A DNA stretch of 64,000 nucleotides from Geosiphon pyriformis uo1 (lineage: Eukaryota; Fungi; Glomeromycota), in assembly GCA_016748015.1 (NCBI GenBank), contig JAAOMT010000176.1:169238-233237 (forward strand), written 5' to 3'. Made by a program: the position numbers and the translations under genes. The stretch's first letter is position 1. Every line of letters begins with the position of its first letter. Positions 28,141 through 41,852 of the stretch are shown piece by piece. The notes under the pieces were generated by a model. That model did no database searches. It saw nothing but the letters and a program-made list of their open reading frames with translations, and was not told the origin of the DNA.

Positions 28141-29099
28141 GTTGTCAAAATATTTAAGTTGTAGAGATGGTTGCTTTTCAAGAAGATAGATGGGAGTGGT
28201 TGGTAGTTCTTCTACTAGTTCAAATACTCCAAATTCGATTTCATTTTCATCATTCTCATCTGGCAGAGAAATGCTAAGAGCATAACATTCTAAACACCAT
28301 TGGTCATCACAAGGCATAACACATTTTTCACACAATTGAATGTTCATTTGCTCTAATCGTTGAATTTAAGCTTCTTTGGTCAGATATGTGTGGCTTGCAA
28401 TTTGGTGGTAGGTTTCTACTTCATCTTTATAATCAAATCCAGCTAATTCCATAGTATACTCAATGTATTCAGCTTTTTTTGTTTGGCAGACATCTTTTTG
28501 GGTGGCTCTATTGATCAATGCCATTGCTAGGTCAAAAATTATTTCAGCATTATGAGAGTAGTAGTAAAGTTTATTGAGAGCACTGTTGTATGCTGCATCA
28601 AATGGTGTTCCTCTTCTGACTTTTTTCGAAATTGATAGAGCATATTAACAGGTCCAATCACATACTCCTTCTCTCATTGCTACATCAATCCAATTGCATT
28701 CTTCTGGTAGCCTTTCTTCACAAGTAAGGCAAGGAGTTTTGTTCCATTTTCCACTTTTTTTTGGGAATCCAAATCGTTCTCTATGGTATGTCTTATAGAA
28801 GTAACAAGTGTGAGTTTCGTATTCCTCTTTTAGAGAAATACAGGCTCCCATAGATGAAAGTTTCTTTTTGCAATCTTTGCATTTTAGTGGAATGTATGGT
28901 GGTTCATTTCATGGTTCTGGTATGGAATATCTAACTTTCTTCTATTCTCTTAATTCTTTGAAAATCTCTTGTTCTGTTTTCTCAGCCCAATTGGATGGTG
29001 ATCCAAAAGCCATGTAAGTTTCAGTAAGTGGCATTTCTTTCTTCTCTTTAAATTCAAATACTAGAGCTTTTTCTGATCGTTTGTTAAAGGTATCACAGG

Positions 29100-29457
29100 T
29101 TGCAGATACTATGGTATATTGTCCTTGGTATGAGATTTTAAGTTCTTGAGTTTTCCAGTTCAGGTTTGCATTGGCCTTGAGAAGCCAATCATTTCCGACT
29201 AGAGCTTAGTATTGGGGTGCATCCATAACAAAAACTTTAACTGAAATGGTGATTTCATCAATTGAAAAAGGGAAATCATCAATTTCTCCTACTGGAGTCT
29301 TCTTCATACCATTAGTTGTGACAATAACTGTTTGAGTTGGTCTGTCTACGTTTTGTTTGAGTTGTTGTATCAGCTGGTAAGTAATAATACTTTTAGCTGA
29401 TCCACTATCTAAGATTAAGCAAATGAGTTTTCCTTCCACTGTAGCTTCTGTATACAT
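29100..29457 (-). pseudogene. Aspartic protease of element A
   Basis: LILDSGS active-site motif and downstream LVGNDWL. Confidence 0.88.
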
Positions 29458-29577
29458 AGCAGTAATTGCTTTCTGTTCATTGACTGCTGCATTACTAAGC
29501 AGAAATGGTGATTCATTTGCTTCAAATTCAAATGGAAATATATTTGACAGATTGGCATTTTGGGCAATTTGAGCTGG

Positions 29578-31509
29578 TCAAATGATGTGGTTGGAAGGGT
29601 TTGATTTTGGTGCTGCAACTTCACCTTCAAAAAGTGCAGTTTGTTGAAAATCCGATTTCTCTGGTATTGTAAAATAACTGGGTTGAGTGTGATAGTGATT
29701 GGGTCTTTGCTGACCCGAATTTTGGAGAACCAACTGGTTATTTGGATTGATTCTGTTGTGGTTATTCTGCAATTGATTTTGGGGTGTAAATTGGTTATGT
29801 TAAACCAATCTTCTTGCTGGTACTTGATATTGTTGAGTGGATGGTGTCTGATATGGCTGAATTGGTAAAGGTTGCTGATATTGTTGCTGCATTGATTGTG
29901 GAGCTGGTGAATAGTAATTGTTTTGATTTTGTGGTCTTGGTAAATAATAGATTGGTGGTAGAGATTGGTAATAAGATTGTTGTGGTGAAGAGTAACATTG
30001 ATTACTCCTGTTTTGTTGGTCTCTTTGTAATTTCCTACAATCTCGTTTCCAATGTCTTTGAATTTCACAATAATAACAATTTTGAGGTTGGTTATTGGAT
30101 GGTGATCCAAAGTTGTTTTGGTTACATCGTTGTGGGGGTTGATATCTTTGTGATTGTTGTTGCTGTTGTTGTTGGTTTGTGAAATAGCTTTTAACCTTTT
30201 TTGTGAGTTGGTCTATCTTTTCTTCAGCTGCTGAGCTGGTTTTTCTAATTGCAAGGTTTACAAGCTTGGTGTGATTTGCTTTTTCCATTGCCATTTCATA
30301 GCTCTTTGCATGTTTAATAGTAGTTGTTAAGTCTGCTGGAGCATGTGAATGGACTTTCTTAATCAGTTTGTCTTTTAACTCTGCTATAAACTGATCCAGA
30401 ATTTGAGCATTAGAATAGTAGTTATTGGTTTCCAATTGTCAGATTCGTCTGAGAAGTTTGTTAAATCTTCCAAGATAGGTCATAACAGTTTTAGATGTTT
30501 CTTGTTTGATATTGCGAAAGCGGTTTCTGAGAGTGATAGAGGTATTGTTGTTGGTAAATTATTGTAGAAAAGCATCTTTGAATGCTTGCCAGTTTTTAAA
30601 TGGTTCTTCTAAATTTTCAAACCATTTTCCTGCTGTTCCTTGGAGAAAGTAGGGAATTGCTTTAAGCATTCTTGCTGCAATCCAACCATTTGCATCTTCT
30701 GCTTTTTGAACTTTGTTAAGCCATTCTTGAGGACTGGTATCATTGTTTTCACCAGTGAATTCTGGAATTTTTGCAATGTAAGCAGTTGTCATTTCTTCTT
30801 TATTTCCTGTGATTTCTTCTGGTTCTGATTCAGTTTTTTCACTTTCCAAGCTTTCTGAATGATTACTTTCGTTTTCCTGTAAGTAATCAATGATATTGGC
30901 ACTTGTTAATATTGGTTCTTGTTGTTGAGTAGGATTTTTAAGTGACTGAAAATCTTCTGGTCTGGAGAAACAGTTAAGTAGTAAACTTAATGTGTGTGAT
31001 TAAACAAGTGAAATTGGAAATGGTGTAATAGAAAGTGGTAATTTGATACTGGTTCCTTGTTCAAGTGTTTGCAAGTGTTTGGCAGTTGTCTTTGATAGTA
31101 TTGGAGTGTTTGGAGTGGTTCTTGAGTATTGTTTCACTTTTTGTTTGCCTTTGTTGCTTGTCTCTGTTTCTAATTCAAAGTTAAAAGAGTATTTGGGCTG
31201 TACTGGGTATTTTTTTTCACAGTACTCAATAATATTAAAATTAAGTTCTTGAAAGTAGGTAGCAAGTGTTTCACTGTTCAGGTCTTCTGTTTCCAATTGT
31301 GAATAGTGCACTAAATTATTGTAGAGGTTGCTTCTAACTTCTGAAATGTTGTAGTTTCCAAAAAGATAATTGTTGATGCGATTTTTAATATATTGGTATA
31401 CTGATTTCTTAACAACTTCAATTCCATCTGGGATGTTGAATCTTTGCTTGCAGTGGGTGTAAATTGATTGATGATACTCTAGAGTTGTTGTGTTTGGTGT
31501 GGTTGCCAC
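29578..31509 (-). pseudogene. Gag of element A (disrupted)
   Basis: Retrotransposon gag core (IPEFTG..PQEWL..ANGW..AIPYFLQGTAGKWF) and zinc knuckle CYYCEIQRHWKRDC. Confidence 0.88.
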
Positions 31510-31536
31510 TTTGAATTTGTTGTTGCTGTGTTATTT

Positions 31537-31552
31537 CTGTGGAAGAGCACCA
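31537..31552 (-). promoter_or_regulatory. Primer-binding site of element A (TGGTGCTCTTCCACAG)
   Basis: TGG (complement of tRNA CCA) 2 nt after the 5' LTR; decayed equivalents follow the LTRs of B and C; priming tRNA not identified. Confidence 0.8.
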
Positions 31553-31554
31553 AA

Positions 31555-32574
31555 TGTTACTGGAGGTTTTTGGTCTCTTTTTTTGAATGTTGTTAATGTT
31601 GATTTGCTGTGAATTTACATTTCCAGAAAGTAGTTGGACCTTCAGTAACTGAATTTATCTTCAAATTATCTCCTATAATTTGAACTGCTGGGCTTATAAG
31701 TGGAATAGCCAATTCCTTGCCAGTTATTTTATGTAGTTATGTTATAGTAAATGTCAACTCTTTCCCAGGAATTGCTCATCTGGAAGCTCACTAAAAAATG
31801 TGTAGTTATTTTGCTGTGAAAGTTAACTCTTCTACAGGAATTTCGTCTGTAGGCTACCCTAATGATTATAATAAGAAAAAAAAATAAAAAAAAATAAAAA
31901 AAATGTAAAAAAAATTGAATTTTGTCAAGGGAAATGTTTTCTATTCAGGTTTGGAGTTACTAACAGTTTACTGAAATTGGTAGCTAATCAATTTCAAAAT
32001 GTTAGTTGGGTTTTGGAGATTTTCTAAGTGCAATAATTAAAGAATTTGGTTTTTTTTTGAATTATTTGATATTTATTTCTTTTTGTGTGTATAGGAATAA
32101 TTCTAAGTAATAAATTTAAAGTAAAATACATTTTCTTGAAGAGAAAAGCTCTTCTTTTATACAACTTGTTGTAGTACTAGTCTATGAACTTGCACTTTTT
32201 CTCTTTGCTCAAATTTCGGTGAACTAAAGATATATTTTGATGAACTACAAGTTATTTTGCTGAACTATTGATTAATTTGGATGAACTATTCATAATTTCG
32301 GCGAATTTCTATAAATTTCGGCGAATTTCATATAAATTTCGGCGAATTTCTGTAAATTTCGGCGATTTTTAGAATGTTACAAAGTTCAGGGTATTGTGTA
32401 ATTTGATCATTCTACTTTCTGTTATACTAATTAGATTATTTAATTGAATTGTGATATGTGATAATTGATTAAATAATAAATGATAATTTGAAATGATATT
32501 AATATACTAATTAATTATAGAAATTATAAGGGTAATTTTCCTGCTAATTAATAGTTAAAATTCTACTGGTAACA
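31555..32574 (-). repeat. 5' LTR of element A
   Basis: Direct repeat of 22604-23622; followed on the minus strand by PBS. Confidence 0.96.
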
Positions 32575-35500
32575 ACATATTTATTATAAAATTGGAAAAT
32601 TTTTTAGACAAAAAAGACAATATCCAAGTATGATTAAATGATGTCATGAAAATCATTATTGTTAATAATTGGAACAATGCCAAAGCTTTACAAACTATTC
32701 CATATTTTTTACAAGATACTGCTAATTTATAGTATTAAAATTTGATCAACAAACTTATCACTTTTAATGTGTTTAAAATTAAATTTTTAAGATATTTTAA
32801 CAATAATAACAGTATTAATCACTTGATAATGGCATTTACCACTATTAAACAGAGTAACATGAAAGCAGTTATTACTTACTTGGGATACTTTTACAGAAAT
32901 CTGTACCAAATACAAGCAATTAATGCAAATTACTTCATAGTACCACAAATTCTGAACCAATTTATTTGCAGTCTGTACAGTAGTTTTCTACAACATATAT
33001 GCCTATTATATTCACAAATGCTCTAAAATGCAATTACACATGTCAAAGATTTTGAATTAGCCAAACTCAAAGCCAACTATGTTCAAGTCATAAATCTAGT
33101 AATAAACAAATTATCTGACTTGGATTCTAAACTGAAACAATTTAATGATTCAATTAACCAAAAGCTAGAAGGATACTTAACTAACAATCAAGCAATTTAT
33201 TAGTCTTTATAACATTGCAATAATTATGAAAATTCAAATTACTTCCAAAATCAACCATGTTTATTATTGTTAATCAATCAACAATGACAACAAAAAATAT
33301 GTAATTGTTACTATTATGGTAAACAAAAACATTTGCAAATTGACTGTTGCATTTGGTTAAATGATCAATAATCAGAAAATCAATATCAAAATCCCAATTG
33401 CCAATTTCAAACTCTGAATTATTAATTAAATCAAGACCCATATCAGCCTTATTACACTTTAATAATACAACAGGCAATATACTTATTATTAATTTATTAA
33501 ACTTCAGGACTAGTAATATATTAATCACAGCCACAAGTCATTTATCAACCTTAAACATTTTAAATACTACTATAAAACTTAGCTTAAATAACACCCAAAA
33601 ATCAAAGACTGAGAATTACTCATATTCAACAAAACTAGAGATCAGTAATAGTAATGTATTAACTAATCTCCAGTTTATTAAACCAGTTCTCAAGATTATG
33701 CCAGCAGAGTTTGAAAACTGGGTATACCCAAAACCCAAATTTCCAGAACTATTTAAGTCTTCTAATTACTTCAGAAGATACTCAATTTAACAAACAAGAA
33801 ACTAATTAAAACCAACAACTACTTACCAATAATATTATACTAGCAACTATCACAGAGGGCAAATTACTTATTATAATATTCTTTTTTGAAATAAAAACCT
33901 TATTAGAAACATTATTATTTAGTGAAATCACTCTTAATACCAAACTAATTACTGTTATATATATTGATATTAAAGTTAATAGCCACTTTATTAAACTAAT
34001 CCTTGATAGTGATTCAATAGATAACATTATTACATGACAATTCATGAACCAATTAGGTTGCTGAGTTGATTGTATTGTTAGCACTAGAATTATTACTACT
34101 AATGAAGTAATAAAAACATCTATTAGTAAATTAATGACTTTCTATTTGAAATCAACAGCATTATAGCACCAATCAAAGTATTGGTAATAGAGGCCATGCA
34201 GTACTAAACACTAGTTGATAATAATTGGCTGTTCAAAATCAATGCTATGCTTAACTAGAATACTTAGAAGCTACAACTTAGTCAAAATAATTTGCAAACT
34301 TGAGTACTTGCTATTTGTAATCACTTTAAACCATCTACTATACATCTACTAATAGAATTTGAGAAAGAAAAAAAAAACTTATCTAAAAAGCTTATCAAGT
34401 TTTATGGGCTAATAAAAACCACAATAAACTACTGTTAACCCTAATTAGAAAAAAAAAAAAAAAAAAAAAGGAAAAAGAAGAAAGACAACTTCAAGTCACT
34501 ACCTTAACATATATTTAATATAACATTATACTACCAAAACAACCAATTTATTGCTAATCCAAACTAATCTGCATTAATTGTGACAAAAAATTGTCAACAA
34601 TGGGTGTATGTTGTGATAACAATGAGAAATAGCCAACAACAACCAAGTATTATTATTGTCTATGTGTTCTTAAACACTTTAAATGACCCAAACAACAAGA
34701 AAAATGGGACAATAAGTCTTGTCTTGTGTGTAAAACAATTCTTCCCAATAAAAAAATGTGGAACAACATTTTTGGGCAAGAAAAAACATACAATAAATCA
34801 TATCAATATATAATTCTAATTAATGACTGAGTACAAAGAAGAACTTTAATTAATGCTACTTAAAAATAAGTGCTAAGATGATTAAAAAATTATTCACATA
34901 ATGAGCATAAAATCTGGAAATGACAAATACCAAAGCTAAAGGCATTTCAACCAATAAAATACTGAAAATTAAAAACAACTCATTAACACTTCCTGAACCC
35001 AAATTTGTTTTAACTTTTAAATTTGATGATAATGTTATAGATAATCCTAAGCAATTCCACAAGCACTACCAAGACTTAGTACCAACTCATAAAGAGCAAA
35101 AGCAAAGACTAAAACAATTAAATACAAGGCTGTGTAAATATTGCTTAATTTCCAGTGACTTTAAATATTATAATAATTGTAATCTTATTTACAATTTACT
35201 ATTATGCATAATCTATTTGATCTCTGGAAAAAAAACCAATCAGTAAATGCACAGTGGAATTGAAATTGAAATTTAATCCTAATTCAGAATCTAATAATAA
35301 TGACAACAACAATAGTTCTAACTCCATTTACTATAACAATGACAATAACAATTCAAATTCTGATTACAATTCCAAACAATATATTATGTTTTTGGATCTT
35401 TTTATAAAGCAAAAACTAAAATAGTTTAGTGATAACAATAAAAGTATTATGCCAAAACACATGTATAATACCAATACAGAGTTTAATCTTAGGTATTTAG

Positions 35501-38500
35501 AAAAAATTACTATTAGATTAGAACTACATTTGCACACCAGTATAGATCTGAAAATAGTACTAGAAATTTTAACAACAATAATGGTTCAATTAGCATTTAG
35601 ATTTAGTTTAATAAAAAAAGATATTAATATCAGAAGAAGAATAATTGATGCAAAATATATAGAAAATATTATTGCAATACTACAAAAAAAATTAGAAAAA
35701 CCATATATAATTGAATTAAATGAAAAGATAGCACAAGCAATATTTCTACCTTTAGTGAAAATAGCTTAATTAATGCTAATGAGAACAAAAAAAAAATTAA
35801 AAATCATAATTAAAAGAAAAAATGGATTTGAATTAACAGATAAAATAGACATACTAATTAATATAACAGAAAAAAAACCAATTAATAAGAGAGAATTATT
35901 TCCACCAATCAATCAGTTTTCATTCTACTATATGACCAATATATATTAGTAACAAAAAAAAAAGTGAGGGACCAGTCTCAGATTTTTGAAACAAAACCAA
36001 CTATTTGTGAATCAGAGAAAATTAGAATCACCAATTTCTACATACCAGCCAAAAACTATAAACACATTAAAATTTTTATCTACAACATAATTGGAAACAT
36101 CATTAAAATACCAAGTGGAATTACCATTAAATACTTAAGTACTGAAATTAAAAACCAACCACCAAACACCATTTCAGATTTTTATAACTGTGTAAATATG
36201 TAAGTATTATATTACAAACAATTTATGGATAAAAAAAATATTAATTGCTCTAACCAGAACAACTAGAGCAAATGAACTTAAATAATTTAGATCCACTTCA
36301 ACATATACAACTCAAGATACTACTTAACAATTTTACTAATGTATTTGTTAGTAAAAATAAATTTAGTAGAATTGATATTATTTAGCACCAAATTAAGACT
36401 AAAGATGCAATGTCAATAAAACAATAAGCATACAGAGTACTATTAACAAGTTATGAGATCATCTAACAAGAAATTAACAGAATGTTAGACAATAAATTAA
36501 TTCAATTGTCTATGAATTCATGGTTATTACCAATAATACTAGTCCAGAAGAAGAATAAAAAAATCTGCTTTTGTGTAGATTATAAAAAATTCAATAGTAT
36601 TACTTATAGAGACAACTATTCAATTCCACAGATTCAGAAATTATTTAATACATTTGGAAGAAAAAAATGGTTCTTCATATTAAGCTTAAACAGTAATTAT
36701 TGGCAAGTAGCCATGAAACCAGAAAATAAGAAGAAGACTGCATTTACAATTAGAGAAGGGAATTTTAAATTCAATGTTATACTATTTAGCTTAACCAATG
36801 CTTTAGCCACTTTTTAATAACTTATAAAAATTATATATACTGGATTACTATAAAAATCAGTAGTAGTCTACTTAGATAACACCAATGTGTTTTCCAAAAT
36901 ACTTGATAATCATCTTTACTATCTACAACAAGTGTTTAAAAGACTAAAAAAAGCTGAATTAAAGTTGAATATTATTAAGTGTTTTTTTGGCAAAATAGAA
37001 CTCAAGTTTTTAGAACATGTTATAAGCAAAAATGGCATAAAAACAGATCCAAATAAAATTGAAATAGTCAAAAATTTTCTAGTATCAACCAACTTAACAA
37101 AACTAAGAGCATTTTTGGAATTCATAAAATATTATTATTGCTTTATTCAGAACTTCTCCAAACTAGCACAATTATTTCATCAGTTCCAAGCAAAAAATAT
37201 GGAATACAAATGGACTGAAACCCAACAAGAAGCTTTTAACATCTTAAAAAAAAGCTTATTTAAACACCAGTATTAATTTATTCAGATTACAGCAAGCCAT
37301 TTATCATTATTATTAATGCATTTGGTCAAGCATTAGAAGCAGTATTGTTACAAAAAAAAGCAAATAAATAAGAACATTCAGTAACATATGTCAGCAGAAG
37401 TTTAAGTTCAGCCAAAAAGAACTATAAAACTCTAGCATTAGAACACTTAACTATTTATTAGGCTGTTATAAAATAGAAAGAATATTTAAGTCAAAAGTTT
37501 GATGTATATACAGATTACAAAGAATTGACATCAATCTAAAAGCAAAAATTTGGAAATAACTGCCATGTAAGATAAAAAATAGAACTATCACTATTCAATT
37601 ATACAGTATATTATAAAAGAGAAAAGAAAATGGAAATGCTAACAGTTTGTTATAAATAAAACAAATCTAAGAACGTTTTAACCCAAAAAAATATAACAAA
37701 AAGATGAACACACAAAAATATCAACAATTTTAACATTTTACTAATACTCAACTGTTCAAGAAAAAATTATTTCAGAAAAAACAAAACAACATAAAACAGC
37801 AAGCAAAATATTTTATTACTTACCAAAATATATTATACTGAAAAAACAGAAAATACTTAGATTAACTACTTAGAATAATTACAAAACCAGAGAAAAAATT
37901 AATACTGTTTAATATGTATTTAAATCCAACAGCAGAACACTTTTATAAAGAAACAACAATAGAAAGAACCAAAAAAAAATATTATTGGCCATCTATATAT
38001 TTAGACATCACTCAATATATTAAAATTGTGATGTTTGTTAAAAAAAAAAAGAAACAAGATCCAATGAACTGTTAAGACCAATCAAAGTAAGACAATTATT
38101 TAATTAAATTGAAATTAACTTAGTTAGATCATTAACAATAACCAGCAAAGACAATTATTATATAACAGTAGTTATGGACTATTTCACAAAATAATTAAAA
38201 ACAAAAGCAATTCAAAAAGCAGATGCAGAATCTGTAGCTGAATTTATTTACCAAGATTTAATTTGTTAACACAGATGTCCAAAAGAATTACTATTAGATT
38301 AAAAAACTCACTTTGTAAACAAAACATTAACAAAATTAAATCAAAGATTTGGAATTAAAAGACTATTATTATTACTATATCATTTATAAACAAATGGCTT
38401 AGTTAAAAAATTCAACAGAAATTTTTGTTATTATTATTTGAAACAAAATCTTAATATTCAGAACTTGTATACAGACAAAACAAAACAATTGTTTAATCTA

Positions 38501-38796
38501 ACAATATTGTATTAACTTGAACAATTTGTGAAAAAGAACAACTTATCTACATAGACATAAGCCATATACTGATTACAAGTAGGATTTCAAGACCAATCAA
38601 AAATACTACTGCATTTAACAATAAATACAGTAACCATTAATCAATTGAAAAAGATTACCAATATCCAATTTAAAGAATTACAAATCAAAATTTCCCAAAT
38701 AATTTTCAAAAAAAAAGTCAAAGAGTTAATCCAAGAAGAAAATTTAGAAAATTTAGAAGATTTTGATGGAGCTCAATATTAAAAAAAAAAGAATAA

Positions 38797-39749
38797 TATT
38801 ATTCATAGAAATTTAGAAATTTTTAATAAGAATATAAAGTAACTAATTAGAGATAAATGTAATAAGAAAAAAATTTCAAGATTCCTTTCAAAGAATTGCA
38901 GAATTTCAGAAATTGCAAAATTTTTCTTAAGGAATTGCAAGATTTCAGAAATTTTAAGATTTCTTTTAAAGAATTACAAAATTCCAAAAATTCCAGAATT
39001 CTTGACTAGAAAAATTAAAAAAATTAAAAAAATCTTATATAACAGTAATTATATATATATAACAAAAGTATTAGAAGCAAAAAAAAAATCCAGTTAAGAA
39101 ATTCAGTTTAAAATCAATATCTACAACTCATTAATTATTTAATATTCTTCTTTTCAAAAAGTAGTTTTTTATAACTTGAAGTGAAATCCAATCACATATT
39201 AATAAAATATTAATTATTATCTGAATTTATATTATTGTTATTTGATTAAAAAAATATTTATTGCTTTCACTCTATTAATACTTTATGTTAATAAAATCTA
39301 ATACTTAACCATACTAAACCAATAGCTTTTAATTATGACTATTAACAAAATACTAATTTTTTATTTTTTATTTTTTATTTTATTTATTTTCTTTTCTTTT
39401 GTTTTGTTTCATTGTTTATTAACTGAGTAAAAAAATTAAACACTGAGTATTTTAACATTAAAAATAATCTGATAAAAGACCCAGAAATAAAAATAGAGAT
39501 TTAAGAATAGCTTATCAGAAAGGCATGACTGTCAAAATAAACTGGCCAGCACATTGAAAAAAAAATTCATGGAATAAACTTCCAGAAAAATACTGAAACA
39601 ATCATTAAATTTCTGTCTATTATACAAAAAACTCAACTAAAACCTTCAGATTACCAAAATCTTTAGATATTACCAATACTACCAAGCTATTGAACACCAT
39701 ATTATAGGTTTGTTATTTATACCAACATCTCAAATAATTACCTATAACA
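38797..39749 (+). repeat. 3' LTR of element B
   Basis: TATTATT...TATAACA; colinear with 20662-21623. Confidence 0.88.
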
Positions 39750-41852
39750 ATAAGTATTTGTGTAAATATTATATTAATATTAGATTTGTAGCCAAGATTA
39801 GCAGAATTGAAAGTAGTAGAGAAAAGACATTATTTTTTGCTGCTAGTATTTTTGTTGATAACACAATTTGAATTAAGAGCAACTAAATCTCTACACAATA
39901 TATTTTAAATATTACTAATAAGTTTTTTAGTGTCAATAATATTTCAATTAATAATAAAAAAACATTAGCTATTTTTATCAACCAGAATATTAAAACTGCT
40001 TTGCTAATAATCAATGGCTTGTCAATTTCTATTGCTAAAAAGAGTAAATTACATAAGTACTTAAGAATTTTTTTATTAACTAAGAGTTTTTCTAAGACTA
40101 GTATAGTTTAAGTTTATGTTTATATTAGGTTTTTTTTAATATAGTGCTAAAAAAAATAATTATAGACAAACAGTTTTCTTATTTGGTGTTGGCTATCTTA
40201 CAATCTATAGTTAATTATTGGTTACAGTTTAGTTTTGTCTTATTAAGTGTGTATTATAAGTAGAACATAATAATCAGAAAAGATCTAAAAATTAAGACTA
40301 ATTTGTCATGAAACTTTTCTAATAAAGCTTTATATCATCTTTTTTTGTATGGTTTAAAGTTTTTTAAGCAAATGTAGTTTAAAAAAAATTGGTTTTATTG
40401 GTTATTTTTTCTAATGCTTTGAATATTTTTAGATGTTTGTTCAAATACAGATTCTTGAATTTGCAGATTTTGAGGTGATTTTTTTTGAATTCTTTGCAGT
40501 TTTCTGTCAAGTTGTATGTTAGTTTAGTAAACAATTTTTTGGCTAAAGTAGTAAAAAATTTTTTGAACAATAATTTATCTTTGATAAACAATTTGTCCAA
40601 TATATTTTGCAATCCTAATAAATTTTTAATGTCGAATATTTTGGATAAAGCTTTGTACTATAGTTCTGTTTATTCTTTAAAGCAGTTTAAAATTTTATTT
40701 AATAACAGACTTCTAAACAAAAAAGAAAATGTGATGAATTGAAAAATGTTTTGTTAATAAAAAAAGTTAGATCTTAAAAGTTTTGTGCTTTGTTAGTTTA
40801 AACTAACATCTAAGTTTTTGAAAGATAAAAGTTTTTTGATGGCTAATTTTGCCAATACCAATAGGTTATTTAGCTTAAATATTTTGAAATCTAAAGTGTT
40901 TTTTAACATACAGAAACATTTACTTAAAGTTTGGTTTGGTTCTATTAAAATCTATACAAATAAGTTTTTGAAATATACTGGTTTTACTAAAGTTACAAGT
41001 AAAGTGGCTGCTTACTTTTTGGTTTTAAATATAAGTATTGGTGTTGGAGTGTATGAACTTTTATTTTTTACAATAGCCAAATTATAGATTGTTGTTCTAT
41101 TTTTAAAATGTGTTCTATTTTCTTGTGTAATAGTTTTATATTTAAATAGCCAAGTTACTATTAATGTATATGTATTTAAGACTGTGTTTACTGTGTCAAA
41201 CTTTCATAATTGATGCTAGATAGAAAGAAGACATATTGCTAATCTGATTAAATATAAGAATTTTTTTGTTAGTTAAGTAAAGATTAAAGAACATTCAGAA
41301 ATTTCAAACAATATAAAAACTAATATAATAACAGATAAGACTATTTTATATCTTTTTTTTTATTAATTGGGGTGTGAAAACATTTTATAATGGCTAAAAA
41401 AACAGCTGTATTTGGCAATATTTGTTATTTTATTTACAATTTGTACAAATTTATTAGTTATGCTTGATAAAAAGTTGGCTTTAATAATAATGTAATTTCA
41501 AGTAAGCTAATAAAAGAAGTAAATTAGTTGGCTACTGCAAAAATTTAACATTCTAACTTGTATATGTCTTCTGAATTTACTGGTAGGAAGTCTGTTAATC
41601 TGTATATATACTTAATAAAAGCTGTATATAAATAATTATCAATGGTGATTAAAAAAAAATTATATAATAAAATATATTCAAATGTAATTTGTTTGCTGTA
41701 TAATAAAGTGGAATTGTTAGATCATGTTTTTACTTGTATTGAAAATAATATTATTCAGCTAGAAATTTTAACAAAAGTTTTTGAATAGTAAGTCTTATTG
41801 GCAAGTGTTTACAATCCATCTTTTTTTGTTGTTTTGCAGACATTTTTTATGT
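39750..41852 (+). mobile_element. Non-LTR retrotransposon (LINE) ORF2 relic: RT C-part, RNase H, CCHC finger
   Basis: FVDNTI (FVDD-like, ~39850); RNase H-like IYTNKFL/TIAKL/KIKEHSEISNN revert by transitions to IYTDGSL/AEL/VKGHSGISGN; CLLxxKVELLDHVFTC ~41690-41740. Confidence 0.75.

Larger units (their letters stand above)
22604..32574 (-). mobile_element. Ty3/Gypsy LTR retrotransposon A, full length (~10 kb), least decayed, nested in gag of element B
   Basis: ~1020-bp LTRs with TGTTAC...GTAACA ends, ACAT target-site duplication (22600-22603 and 32575-32578), PBS, PPT, and gag-PR-dUTPase-RT-RH-IN order. Confidence 0.96.
20662..39749 (+). mobile_element. Ty3/Gypsy LTR retrotransposon B (degenerate; gag interrupted by element A; deletion in IN/ORF3)
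   Basis: LTRs 20662-21623 and 38797-39749; PBS-like tttagtacttcc at 21624; eroded purine tract before the 3' LTR; PR (LILDSDS ~34000), dUTPase remnant 35449-35835, RT (YLDN ~36868) and IN remnants. Confidence 0.9.
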
